The notes: a model not told the origin generated them from the letters alone. Shown: positions 1 through 9,244, counted from the stretch's first letter. The stretch: 32,000 bases of DNA from Vibrio alginolyticus NBRC 15630 = ATCC 17749 (GCF_000354175.2 NC_022349.1:2610001-2642000); one strand, 5' to 3'. Program-made: numbers and translations.

Positions 1-85
1 TCTTAACGTAATTATATCAATGAACTCGAAAAACTATGTTTGCGATATATTATATTGTCTCGAAATTAAATGATTGTTCATTTCA

Positions 86-1402
86 CTATATAACGCAGTT
101 ATATCCGAGGGTTATCAGTTGTTGATAAAGCGATCTTTTCGACGCTTGTTCACCATGAATAAGGTGAACTTCTTTCGGAGGAGTAGGAATACCAGAAACA
201 AACTGTATTAAATCTTCCCTATCCGCATGTGCAGAGTAACCTGACATGGTATGTACTTGAGCCTCCACTCTAACGCGCCTTCCTTCAATCAATATGTTCT
301 CTTCTCCATCCTGAATTCGCCGACCTAGCGTCCCTTCTGCTTGATAGCCTGCAAATAACACATCATTTCTTTTATCTGGCAGCAATGCTTCTAAATAATT
401 GACGACACGTCCACCTTCACACATACCAGAGGCCGCAACTACGATAGCAGCTTCTGCCGTGCTCGCGAGTCGATTGACGAGCTTTAAATGGTCAGTGTGG
501 CTTTCGACGGTAATACATTGATCAAACGCAAGAGGGTGTCGGTGATGCTCGAGCCGCTCTTTCGCTTCAGCTCCCCAAAGCTTTTTAAATTGCCTATAGG
601 TAGTAGTTACCTTTTTAGCCAAAGGAGAATCGAGAATAATAGGCAGAGAATCTTGCAAGGCGTGCTCATGAATAAGCTTTTCTATATCAAACAGTAACTC
701 TTGAGTTCTCCCGACGCTAAAAGCAGGTATAACAATTACGCCACCATCCTGAAGTGCGTGCTCAATAATAGAAAGCAATCGCCTACTGCGAGACTCAACA
801 TCTTCGTGAACTTTATTGCCGTATGTTGACTCGATAAACAAATAGTCAGCTTTTTCAGGCGATACCGGGTCAGGTAGGAGAGGCGTGTTGCGAGGTCCCA
901 AATCCCCTGAGAACACAACAACTTCATTGTTTGATAAATGAAACTCAACATATGCAGACCCTAAAATGTGTCCTGCTGGTTGAAAGCGAAGATAGGTATG
1001 TTCTTCTATCTCTATCCATTGGGAGTAAGAGCAAGGGCGAATAAGCGTTCGAATAAAATCGAGCAAGCTTTCCCTTTGATGGCGCCTCATGCCTAATTGG
1101 AGCTTTAATCCATCTTCTAACATAAGCGGTACGAGCTCAGCGGTGGCTTTCGTACAGTAGATAGGTCCCTTATAACCTGCAGCCAATAGCCAAGGTAGCC
1201 GACCAACATGATCGATATGAGAATGGGTTAGAGCAACCGCTTTGAGATCAGAGATAGAAAAGTCGATATTCAAACTCTCCTGCTGAGCATTATCTTGACC
1301 TTGTAGCAAACCACAGTCGATCAGCACACTTCCATTTTGTAATACGAGCTCGTGACAAGAGCCTGTAACCGTATTTTTCCCACCGTGGTGCAGTACTTTC
1401 AT
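86..1402 (-). CDS. MBL-fold metallo-hydrolase of the beta-CASP (RNA-metabolising) type; resembles the rjg junction gene that flanks Vibrio O-antigen/capsule loci
   Basis: Uninterrupted 438-aa ORF. It has the HxHxDH zinc motif (THSHIDHVGRLP), then GHILGSA and a C-terminal YSAHAD motif typical of beta-CASP proteins. ORFs 488..697(+) and 736..951(-) are internal shadow ORFs. Confidence 0.8.
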   Translation of the reverse strand: MKVLHHGGKNTVTGSCHELVLQNGSVLIDCGLLQGQDNAQQESLNIDFSISDLKAVALTHSHIDHVGRLPWLLAAGYKGPIYCTKATAELVPLMLEDGLKLQLGMRRHQRESLLDFIRTLIRPCSYSQWIEIEEHTYLRFQPAGHILGSAYVEFHLSNNEVVVFSGDLGPRNTPLLPDPVSPEKADYLFIESTYGNKVHEDVESRSRRLLSIIEHALQDGGVIVIPAFSVGRTQELLFDIEKLIHEHALQDSLPIILDSPLAKKVTTTYRQFKKLWGAEAKERLEHHRHPLAFDQCITVESHTDHLKLVNRLASTAEAAIVVAASGMCEGGRVVNYLEALLPDKRNDVLFAGYQAEGTLGRRIQDGEENILIEGRRVRVEAQVHTMSGYSAHADREDLIQFVSGIPTPPKEVHLIHGEQASKRSLYQQLITLGYNCVI

Positions 1403-1641
1403 AACGAAACGACGCCTTTTCCTTTGTTAACCCACGCTTACGAGTATTTGCTTTTATATAGCGACACCTCGCGACGTAAAGACGGCTCAGTCAATCGCGC
1501 AATGAACAAGGTAAGCAGAAAGTGGTGAATAAGTGAGCGCATTGTAGGCAAGGATAATGAGAGTAAGAAAACAGCAAAACCGAAAGTTTAGAGAGACTTA
1601 GATATTCGTCATAAATTTGACTGTGTAGTATTGCAACCTGT

Positions 1642-1657
1642 TGTGATGCAATTCATA
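1642..1657. promoter_or_regulatory. Candidate CRP-binding site (TGTGAtgcaatTCAtA) flanked by two direct ATTGCAAC octamers (1630..1637, 1660..1667)
   Basis: Read directly from the sequence: 9/10 match to the TGTGA-N6-TCACA core. It lies in the divergent region between the MBL gene and the polysaccharide operon. No binding data. Confidence 0.3.
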
Positions 1658-1900
1658 TTATTGCAACTATTTTCACTTAGGCTTCTGAGATTAACGCGCT
1701 AGCTATACAAACATCAGCTATGCCGGAAGGAGTTTAATAATTAGTAAGTCAACAAAAAAGCGTCACGTTTATGGCGAGTTAAGTGTCAGAAAAAAGACAT
1801 TTTTTTGCAAGCTTTTTGCACGTTCTACTTTTAGTTGCAACGTGTTTACTATACAATTCGTCTCCTGTTTGGAAACGCAACCATTAAACACTACGTATAA

Positions 1901-1939
1901 AACTTGCTTCTAGGAGCCAGACCTAGGGGCGGTAGCGTG
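1901..1939 (+). promoter_or_regulatory. JUMPStart element containing the ops site (GGCGGTAGCGTG at 1928..1939), the RfaH-dependent antitermination signal of polysaccharide operons
   Basis: Exact GGCGGTAGCGTG, preceded by ccagacctagggg, which resembles the JUMPStart 3' half (CCAGGGGCGGTAGCGTG). Same strand as the downstream operon and upstream of it. A small hairpin follows (tgttag..ctaaca, 1951..1970). Confidence 0.8.
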
Positions 1940-2538
1940 CCTAAATCATCTGTTAGTCTCTTTCCTAACAGAAGAGAGACCAAGCAAGATAATTATTTAA
2001 TAATAATAAGCACCTAAGTGCATTTCTGGCAAGATTGATTTATAAAAAACGAGAACTATTACAAATTTATGTAATTCCCTTTTGTCAGAGGGACGCTCAA
2101 AGCTAACAAAGTGGCGAGCAAATGTTGGTTAGGCATAGGTTACAATTTAAATCTCCATTTCTCATACCTATCAAAACCAAATACTAGGTTTATAGAAGTA
2201 CATAACTACCGGTCCAAACCGTCAGTTAGTATGTTCAGCTTTGTATTTGGCCTGCCTATAAAAGGCTGAGAACCGATGGCCGTCACGAGCTAGTGTCGGT
2301 GGAACTCAGTTACTTACATATTCAATATTAGAAATTAGCGTTTGCAATGCGTTACAACCCACGTTGGCTAATGTGGTTTTGTCACGCCAAAAAATCACCT
2401 GCTCATTCTTAGAGTTCGGCGTGTCTAGATACGAGCGAAGCAAGAATCTGCAGTATCGGACCTGTGATGCAATGGAATCCGTAAAGGGAATCAGTCGGAT
2501 GCGTTATAGATTTACCTCAAACTTATTTAATAACACAG

Positions 2539-3630
2539 TTGGCTATCATGAATAATGCATATTTATTTGTATTTATTTTGTCGTTCGTTCTACTTTTTGT
2601 TATGCGCAAGGTTGCTAAGCGCGTAGGTCTAGTAGATAAACCCAATGCAAGAAAGCTTCACCAAGGAGTAGTACCCCTTGTAGGAGGCATCTCCATTTTC
2701 TCTACTATACTGGTCGGGTTCCTTCTGTTCCTACCAATGAATGACAACCTATCACTCTACTTATCTTGTTCGGCTGTGCTTATAGTGCTCGGCGCATTAG
2801 ATGACTACTACGATGTAAGTTTCAAAATTCGTCTTATTATCCAAGCTGGAATATCCCTTGCGATGATTTACATCGGAGGCCACAGCTTACACGATTTAGG
2901 CTACTTAATGGGGAGCGAAACCATTGCCCTTAATGAAGTCGCTGGCGCAGTGATCACCGTTATTGCGGTAATAGGCGCAATTAACGCATTTAATATGGTT
3001 GATGGCATAGACGGCTTGCTGGGCGGGTTAGCCTCGGTCACCTTTACAGCATTAGGTATTGTGTTTGCCTACAACGGAAACGAATATTTAGCCACGATCT
3101 GTTTAATGATCGTGACTGCGATGCTTCCTTACATCTTCATGAACTTAGGTTTCCCACTTGGTCGTCGCTTTAAAATCTTTATGGGTGATGCTGGCAGTAT
3201 GTTTATCGGCTTTACAGTGGTCTGGATGCTGATTCGCGGCACGCAAGAACCAGGAGCGGTAGCCTTCAAGCCAGTCACAGCACTGTGGTTAATAGCTTTA
3301 CCGTTGATGGACATGGCAACCATTATGATCCGTCGTATTCGTAAAGGTCAGTCACCATTCCAACCAGACAGAGAACATCTACACCATATTTGTCAGCGTA
3401 TTGGGCTTTCACCAGGTGCAACGTTAATTTTCATCTGTTCGATGGCATCGATTTGTGCTGCGGTAGGCTTATGGGCTGATTTTACTAATGTAAGTGAATC
3501 AATAATGTTTATTACTTTTTTGGTTCTATTTGGCTGCTATTTCTTTTTAATCTCTCATATTTGGAAGTTCTTAACATATTTTAATAAAGTGTTTAATAAA
3601 AACCTCCATATAAGAACGGAACTAAAGTAA
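2539..3630 (+). CDS. wecA: Undecaprenyl-phosphate HexNAc-1-phosphate transferase (WecA/WbpL, MraY-like GT4 polyprenyl-phosphate transferase family); initiating enzyme
   Basis: Multi-TM protein of 363 aa with GALDDYYD, NAFNMVDGIDGLLGG and PDREHLHH motifs characteristic of WecA. The track start at 2539 is TTG; the ATG at 2548 (MNNAYLF) is an equally plausible start. Confidence 0.85.
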   Translation: MAIMNNAYLFVFILSFVLLFVMRKVAKRVGLVDKPNARKLHQGVVPLVGGISIFSTILVGFLLFLPMNDNLSLYLSCSAVLIVLGALDDYYDVSFKIRLIIQAGISLAMIYIGGHSLHDLGYLMGSETIALNEVAGAVITVIAVIGAINAFNMVDGIDGLLGGLASVTFTALGIVFAYNGNEYLATICLMIVTAMLPYIFMNLGFPLGRRFKIFMGDAGSMFIGFTVVWMLIRGTQEPGAVAFKPVTALWLIALPLMDMATIMIRRIRKGQSPFQPDREHLHHICQRIGLSPGATLIFICSMASICAAVGLWADFTNVSESIMFITFLVLFGCYFFLISHIWKFLTYFNKVFNKNLHIRTELK

Positions 3631-3691
3631 CGGTTTGATTTTAGGCTAGCGTTATTATTATTTTATAATTTAATTTTTTGGAAAAATTGAG

Positions 3692-4975
3692 ATGACTTTA
3701 TATAAAGATATACTTGAAGTTGAGGGTGGACAGGTCCCTAAAGGTATTGTAACTGTATCTGGAGCTAAAAATTCTGCTACACGTCTTTTAGCTGCTGCCA
3801 CTATTTGTGACGAACCTGTGACTTTAACCGGGTATCCGACAAACTTAGTTGACTCAAAGCATAAAGAAAGATTCCTTAATAATAATGGCGTAAAGACTAA
3901 AATTGATGGAGACTCTCTATATATTAATTCTGAAGCTTATGAGCCACGTAAACTCGATGATTATTTCTACCCAATTCGAACAACATATCTGTTAGTTGCA
4001 GGACAACTCAAGCGATCTAGAAAAGCTTACATACCGTATCCTGGAGGGTGTAATATAGGCGCGAGAAAATATGATGTACATATATCTATTTGGGAAGAGT
4101 TCGGTTGTAATGTCGAGGAAAAGGAAAATTGTATAGTTGTAACTGCTCCTGAAACGATAGAGTGTTGTCAATTCGAGTTTCCTATCTCGACTGTTGGAGG
4201 AACAGAAAACGCTCTCTTAATGGCCTCTATAGCCAAGGGCACCTCTGTATTATCTAATGCCTATATAACTCCGGAAATAGAAGATCTAATAGAGTTTTTA
4301 AGAAGAAGTGGTGTGGAAATAAATGTAATTGGACAAAGTTATATTAAAGTCACAGGCTGCAATGTATTAAAAGGGCATACTTATCACGTATTACCGGATA
4401 GGATAGAAGCATTAACATGGCTAGTATATGGTGCAATATCCGGAGGGGATATTTTAATAAAAAATGTTCCTTTTTCCTCTATGGAAATTCCATTAATGTA
4501 CCTTAAGAATGCTGGGGTCGATTTTTTTCAAAATAGCGATAGTATTTATATTGGTCCTTCTTGTATGGTGGATGGGCATGCTCATTCATTCGAAGTCGCA
4601 TGTGGCACCCACCCTGGAATTATTTCGGATATGCAGCCTTTTTACGTGATGTTAGGGTTAATGTCTGTAGGTAAATCTAGAATTCATGATTATAGATATC
4701 CAGAGAGAATTAGCTACTTGTCTGAGTTACAGAAATTTATAAACTTAGAACTAGAGGCATCTGTTGGACAGATAACAACGAATGGCCCTGTGATATTTAA
4801 TGCATCCGATGCTTCAGCAACTGACTTACGCGGTACTATGGCTGCGGTTTTAGCTGCATTATGTGCTCCTTCTGGAGTCTCCAGAATTACAGGAGTTTCA
4901 ATGGCACTACGTGGATATAATGATCTCATTATTAAATTAGATGGTTTGGGTGTGAAAGTGAAATATTCTAAATAA
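3692..4975 (+). CDS. MurA-like UDP-sugar 1-carboxyvinyl (enolpyruvyl) transferase, a paralog inside the polysaccharide locus
   Basis: 427 aa of the EPSP-synthase/MurA fold. It has SGAKNSATRLL (Lys22 equivalent), YPGGCNIGARKYDVHI (Cys115/Arg120 loop), GIISDMQPFY (Asp305 equivalent) and a C-terminal LRGYNDL (Arg397 equivalent). The DNA is AT-rich, unlike the core genes. Confidence 0.8.
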   Translation: MTLYKDILEVEGGQVPKGIVTVSGAKNSATRLLAAATICDEPVTLTGYPTNLVDSKHKERFLNNNGVKTKIDGDSLYINSEAYEPRKLDDYFYPIRTTYLLVAGQLKRSRKAYIPYPGGCNIGARKYDVHISIWEEFGCNVEEKENCIVVTAPETIECCQFEFPISTVGGTENALLMASIAKGTSVLSNAYITPEIEDLIEFLRRSGVEINVIGQSYIKVTGCNVLKGHTYHVLPDRIEALTWLVYGAISGGDILIKNVPFSSMEIPLMYLKNAGVDFFQNSDSIYIGPSCMVDGHAHSFEVACGTHPGIISDMQPFYVMLGLMSVGKSRIHDYRYPERISYLSELQKFINLELEASVGQITTNGPVIFNASDASATDLRGTMAAVLAALCAPSGVSRITGVSMALRGYNDLIIKLDGLGVKVKYSK

Positions 4976-5073
4976 TTTCTTGTTCTTAGTTATTAAAAGT
5001 AAATATAAGTTTTCCCTTGACGGACTTTAACTATTAAGGGGGAACTTAATAAATTATCTTTCACATGGATTAG

Positions 5074-6039
5074 GTGTTGAGAATTTTCTCCTTAAAAATG
5101 AATATAAAAGAAAATGTTAGTCTTAGTTCTTTTTCTCATTGGAAAATTGGTGGTAAAGCAAAGTATTTATCAATAGTAAACAATGAAAAAGAAATTTTAG
5201 AAGCGATAGAGTTTGCTAAGGTGAGAAATTTACCTTGGTTAGTTGTTGGAAATACATCAAATTTATTGTTTTCGGATTCTGGATTTGATGGTGTCTTAAT
5301 TAAACTAGATGGAAAGTTTAAAGATATAAGTCTTTCCAACGATGGGGTTGTAAACATTGGATCTGCATGCTTTACCCCAACTACTGTAAGGAAATTAATT
5401 GCTAAAGGTTTTTCTGGATTGGAACACTTAATTGGCATACCTGCCTCATTTGGTGGAGTGATCTATATGAATGCTGGTAGCCAAAGAAAGTCTATTTCGA
5501 GTAATATACTCTCGGTATTATCTATTGATGAAAGTGGAAATATTATAGAGAGAAGAGTAGATAAATGTGCTTTTGATTATAGAGAAAGCTGTTATCAGTC
5601 ATTGAATGAAATTATATTAAGTTGTAAATTGAAGTTACAGCCTGGATGCAAAATCGAGTTGAGAAGGAAATGTCTCGAAATTCTTAAAGAAAGGCGAATG
5701 AAGTTCCCTCGTAAAGAGCCTAGTTGTGGTTCCGTATTTGTTAGTAATCCGAAAATGTATGAAACTATTGGTCCTCCAGGAAAAGTTATAGAAGATGTTG
5801 GTCTAAAAGGATATAAGTTTGGTGGAGCTCAGATTTCGGCCATGCACGCAAACTTCATAGTTAACCGAGGAAAAGCTAGTGCAATAGATGTTCTAACCTT
5901 AATTAAGTTAGCATATAATGAAGTTTATCAGAAGACCGGATTTAGACTTAAGTCAGAAGCTATCTATATAACTAGAAGTGGAGAGCAATATAGAGCAGAT
6001 ATAGTTGCTAATAATCTAAAGAGATTTGTGGAGCTATAG
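5074..6039 (+). CDS. MurB-like UDP-N-acetylenolpyruvoylglucosamine reductase family protein (FAD-dependent), a paralog inside the polysaccharide locus
   Basis: PCMH-type FAD-binding N-terminus (VVGNTSNLLFSDSGFDGVLI), FDYRES, SCGSVFVSNP and GGAQISAMHANFIVNRGKASAIDVLTLI motifs match the MurB family. The track start is GTG at 5074; the ATG at 5098 (MNIKEN) is a likely alternative. Confidence 0.8.
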   Translation: MLRIFSLKMNIKENVSLSSFSHWKIGGKAKYLSIVNNEKEILEAIEFAKVRNLPWLVVGNTSNLLFSDSGFDGVLIKLDGKFKDISLSNDGVVNIGSACFTPTTVRKLIAKGFSGLEHLIGIPASFGGVIYMNAGSQRKSISSNILSVLSIDESGNIIERRVDKCAFDYRESCYQSLNEIILSCKLKLQPGCKIELRRKCLEILKERRMKFPRKEPSCGSVFVSNPKMYETIGPPGKVIEDVGLKGYKFGGAQISAMHANFIVNRGKASAIDVLTLIKLAYNEVYQKTGFRLKSEAIYITRSGEQYRADIVANNLKRFVEL

Positions 6040-6041
6040 TT

Positions 6042-7306
6042 ATGGGCACCGATACTTTTAGGAAAAGTATAGCTAGATTGATCGGTAGTTCGTTCCTTGC
6101 AAAAGTGATATCAATATCTTTAACTCCAATATTAACCAGACTGTACGAACCAGAAGATTTTGGAGTTTATACAGCAGCGATGTCAATCATGACAGTATGT
6201 GGAGGATTAATATCACTTCGGCTTTGTGATGCTATACCTATTGCAAAGTCCAAAAGACAAGCAAGAGGAATTACAGAGCTATCTATTTTAATTAGTTTTT
6301 TTTGGCTCCAGTTTCATATTTTTTTGTTTCACCTTTCTATAATTCAAGTGAAGTCACGTTTAAATATATGGAAATATCAATTATCATATTTGGTGCTATA
6401 TTGATTTCTGTATATGAAACTCTAACCTTTTACTCCGTTAGAAAGGCTGAGTATAAAGTCATTTCCATAACTCAGCTGCAACAGTCAGTTGCTGGTGGAG
6501 GAGTTAAAGTACTAGGTGGCTTGATTGGAGCTGGCAGTATTGGCCTTATTTTCGGCTCTGCGTTTCAACAAGGCTTTGGCATAGCATATATGCTAAAAAA
6601 ATATAAATTATTTAATAGTAGTTTAGATGTGTTTTGTCGAAAAAGACTGCTGTTAAATTATGCAATATTTAGGAAGTATAAAGAGTATCCTCGTTTTAGG
6701 TTACCATCTAGAACTGTTCTTGCTATATCTCAAGCATTACCAATAATATACTTTACGAAGGAATATGGTAATGAATCAGTAGGTTTTTTAGGGTTGGCAA
6801 TGTCAATGATATCTATCCCTGCTACTATGATTATAGGCAATGTAAGAAAAGTTTATTACGGGGAAATATCTAAGATAGGATTGTCTGAATCACAAAGAAT
6901 TATGTCTTTGACATTGAGTATAATAATGAAAATGCTAGGTTTAGCTATAGTTTTTTCATTGATTTTATTTTTGTTTGCGGAGCAAGCATTTTCCGTATTA
7001 TTTGGTGATAATTGGGTTGAGGCTGGGCTTTATTCTAAGGTTTTATCAATTCAAGTCGCAGCCAACTTTGTCGCTGGTCCAATTGTAGATGCATTTAATG
7101 TTATAGGTAAGGTAAGGTATTATTTCTATTTTAATCTCTTTAAACTGATACTTGTAGCTACTTCATTGTTTTTTTCATCTTTATTTTCTTTGTCTGAGAT
7201 AGATACACTGGTTTTCTTATCTATATCAGTAGCATTATATTATATTATACAATCTATATGCATACTTACTCTTATTGGTCGGTTGGGATATAAAACTTAT
7301 AGATAA
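6042..7306 (+). pseudogene. wzx: Wzx-type oligosaccharide flippase (MOP superfamily) split into two overlapping ORFs (6042..6404 and 6302..7306) by a frameshift at a T8 tract
   Basis: The N-terminal fragment (FRKSIARLIGSSFLAKVISISLTPILTRLYEPEDFGVY) is a typical Wzx N-terminus. The second ORF is a multi-TM continuation in another frame. Adding one T to the T8 run at 6296..6303 fuses them (..ILISFFLAPVSYFF..) into a protein of about 421 aa. Confidence 0.75.
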
Positions 7307-7336
7307 TCAGTGATTTTTATTCTTTGAGGTTTTGTT

Positions 7337-7821
7337 TTGGAAAAGAAAGGTCGAGTGATAGTTTGTTTTGGTAAAGGTGGACATGAAGCTCAAGCACTAC
7401 GCCTCGTAAAAAATTAAAAGAACGAGATGATAGACTAAAATTTTTTGCCTTTACTGATTCGGAAAATATTAGTGTTGATATTTTTGATAAATGTTATTTA
7501 GCTACTGAAGTTCGAGATAAGTATGATGCGAAATTAATGAATATGATTAATGCATCTATAAAAAATATTAAAATTTCTTGGTATCTTGTTAGAAAAAATA
7601 ATACAACAGGGATAATATCATGTGGTCCAGGTATCGCTGTTATCCCAGCTTTAGTCTTTAGGCTATTTGGGAAAAAAGTTATTCATATAGAAACATGGTC
7701 TAGGTTTACAACTAAGTCAATGGCAGGTGCCTTGATGTACTATTTATCAACAGACTTTTATATTCAGAATGAATCATTATCTGAATTATACCCGAGGGCT
7801 AAATATTGTGGAAGGCTTTAA
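7337..7821 (+). pseudogene. Alg14-like (PssD/Cps14F-type) membrane-anchor subunit of a split glycosyltransferase, interrupted by a frameshift at an A6 tract
   Basis: TTG at 7337 (GAGG 7 nt upstream) opens EKKGRVIVCFGKGGHEAQALRLVKN and stops at 7415..7417. A second frame is open from 7387 and continues through track ORF 7537..7821 (..GIISCGPGIAVIPALVFRLFGKKVIHIETWSRF..). One extra A in 7408..7413 would give a single 161-aa Alg14-like protein. Confidence 0.7.
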
Positions 7822-8275
7822 CATATTTGTTACGGTAGGTACAACTCCATTTCCATCTTTGGTCGAACATTGTAAGGATATAATTGTTAGAAATAATTGG
7901 AAGGCTGTTATCCAGGCGCCGGGATATGATGCCAATAATAATGTTCAATCTATAGAGTTTAATTCTTTCGTTAGTGATATTAATGAACTATATAATACTG
8001 CGGACTTAGTGATTTGTCATGCTGGGGCTGGCACATGTTATAAGTTGGCCGAATTAGGAAAAAGATTTATTGTTGTACCTAACTTAGAGCGTTCAGATAA
8101 ACATCAATTAGATTTGGCTGGATATTTTGATAAGAAAAATTATGCTGTGGTTTGTTATGACTTGCTAGAACTTAAAAGTGCTATTAATAAGACTATATCC
8201 AATTCTTGGAATCCTAGCAAATATAATAAAGAAGAGTTTTTCTCTACAGATGAAATTATTTCTAAACTGGTATAG
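7769..8275 (+). CDS. Alg13-like (PssE/Cps14G-type, glycosyltransferase 28 C-terminal domain) catalytic subunit of the split glycosyltransferase
   Basis: The NIFVTVGTTPF N-terminus and ADLVICHAGAGTCYKLAELGKRFIVVPN motif are typical of this family. The true start is probably GTG at 7808 (MEGFNIFVTVGT), overlapping the stop of the Alg14-like gene. Confidence 0.75.
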   Translation: MNHYLNYTRGLNIVEGFNIFVTVGTTPFPSLVEHCKDIIVRNNWKAVIQAPGYDANNNVQSIEFNSFVSDINELYNTADLVICHAGAGTCYKLAELGKRFIVVPNLERSDKHQLDLAGYFDKKNYAVVCYDLLELKSAINKTISNSWNPSKYNKEEFFSTDEIISKLV

Positions 8276-8278
8276 TAA

Positions 8279-9244
8279 ATGAAAACATTAGTAATAACTA
8301 ACATGTATCCAGACTCAAGAGGAAATAAAGGTATATTTGTAAAGGAACAAGTTGAAAGCTTAATAAGGTTTCATGGTTTAAACGTTGATGTATTCAACTT
8401 GGATAAACCTAAATTTGGTTTTTTTAGAAAGTATATATGTAATATTTTTCCTCTTGCCAAAAAAATATTTAAATATAATCCTAACATTATTCATATACAC
8501 TATGGACTATCATTTTTCCCTGTTTTACTTCTACTGCCAATTATTAAACTTAAAGGTATTAAAGTAATTGTTACATTTCATGGCTCAGATGTTTTAGGTG
8601 GTTCAAGCTTAGTAAAGCTAATCAGCCAGTTAGCGTTTTATCTTTCTAATAAATCAATTGCAGTTAGCGATGAATTAAACGGTGTTCTAACTAATAAGCT
8701 AACAGAAAGCTCAAATAAGCTTTCTGTTATACCATGTGGTATAGATACTGATTTTTTCAATCCTAATAACAGGAACATACAAACTAACGAAAAAATTATT
8801 ATATTTCCCAGTAGCCCTGATAGGCCTGAGAAGAACTTTGACTATTTTCTAGATGTATTTACTAATATATCAAAATCCCACAATGTTAAATATAGAGCAC
8901 TTGAAAACTTGTCGAGGAAAGAAGTCAAGGAATTGTATAGTATTTCATCTTTAATGCTTCTCACATCGGATAGAGAAGGCTCACCACAAGTTGTTAAGGA
9001 GGCCTATGCATCCGGATTGCCTGTAATTAGCCGAAATGTAGGTGATGTCGAGAGGTTAAGCCATATTTGTACAGGAGTTTATGTGGTTAATTCAAAAGAA
9101 GAAATGATAATTAAGGTTGGCGAAGTATTAAAAGCTTATGAATTGGAAGGCATGAAAAGTGATGAGACAGAAAGTGTATTTTTAAACACTTATTCAAATA
9201 AGATAATATCTGGAAAAATAATGGAGTTATATAAACAATGTTGA
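8279..9244 (+). CDS. Glycosyltransferase, GT-B fold (family 4-like)
   Basis: 321 aa. It has the N-terminal LVITNMYP..GIFVKEQV pattern and the C-terminal REGSPQVVKEAYASGLPVIS (E-x7-E type) motif. Confidence 0.75.
   Translation: MKTLVITNMYPDSRGNKGIFVKEQVESLIRFHGLNVDVFNLDKPKFGFFRKYICNIFPLAKKIFKYNPNIIHIHYGLSFFPVLLLLPIIKLKGIKVIVTFHGSDVLGGSSLVKLISQLAFYLSNKSIAVSDELNGVLTNKLTESSNKLSVIPCGIDTDFFNPNNRNIQTNEKIIIFPSSPDRPEKNFDYFLDVFTNISKSHNVKYRALENLSRKEVKELYSISSLMLLTSDREGSPQVVKEAYASGLPVISRNVGDVERLSHICTGVYVVNSKEEMIIKVGEVLKAYELEGMKSDETESVFLNTYSNKIISGKIMELYKQC

Noticed and set aside
1800-1860. Attempted to assign a sigma-70 promoter (TTGCAA/TTGCAC hexamers, TATACA) upstream of JUMPStart.
   Set aside because: I could not find a -35/-10 pair with acceptable 16-18-bp spacing, so the promoter position cannot be called from sequence alone.
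2364-2555. 63-aa ORF in the leader upstream of wecA.
   Set aside because: It has no Shine-Dalgarno and no recognisable motif, and it overlaps the wecA start. It is more likely non-coding leader sequence, and is noted under the long-leader finding.
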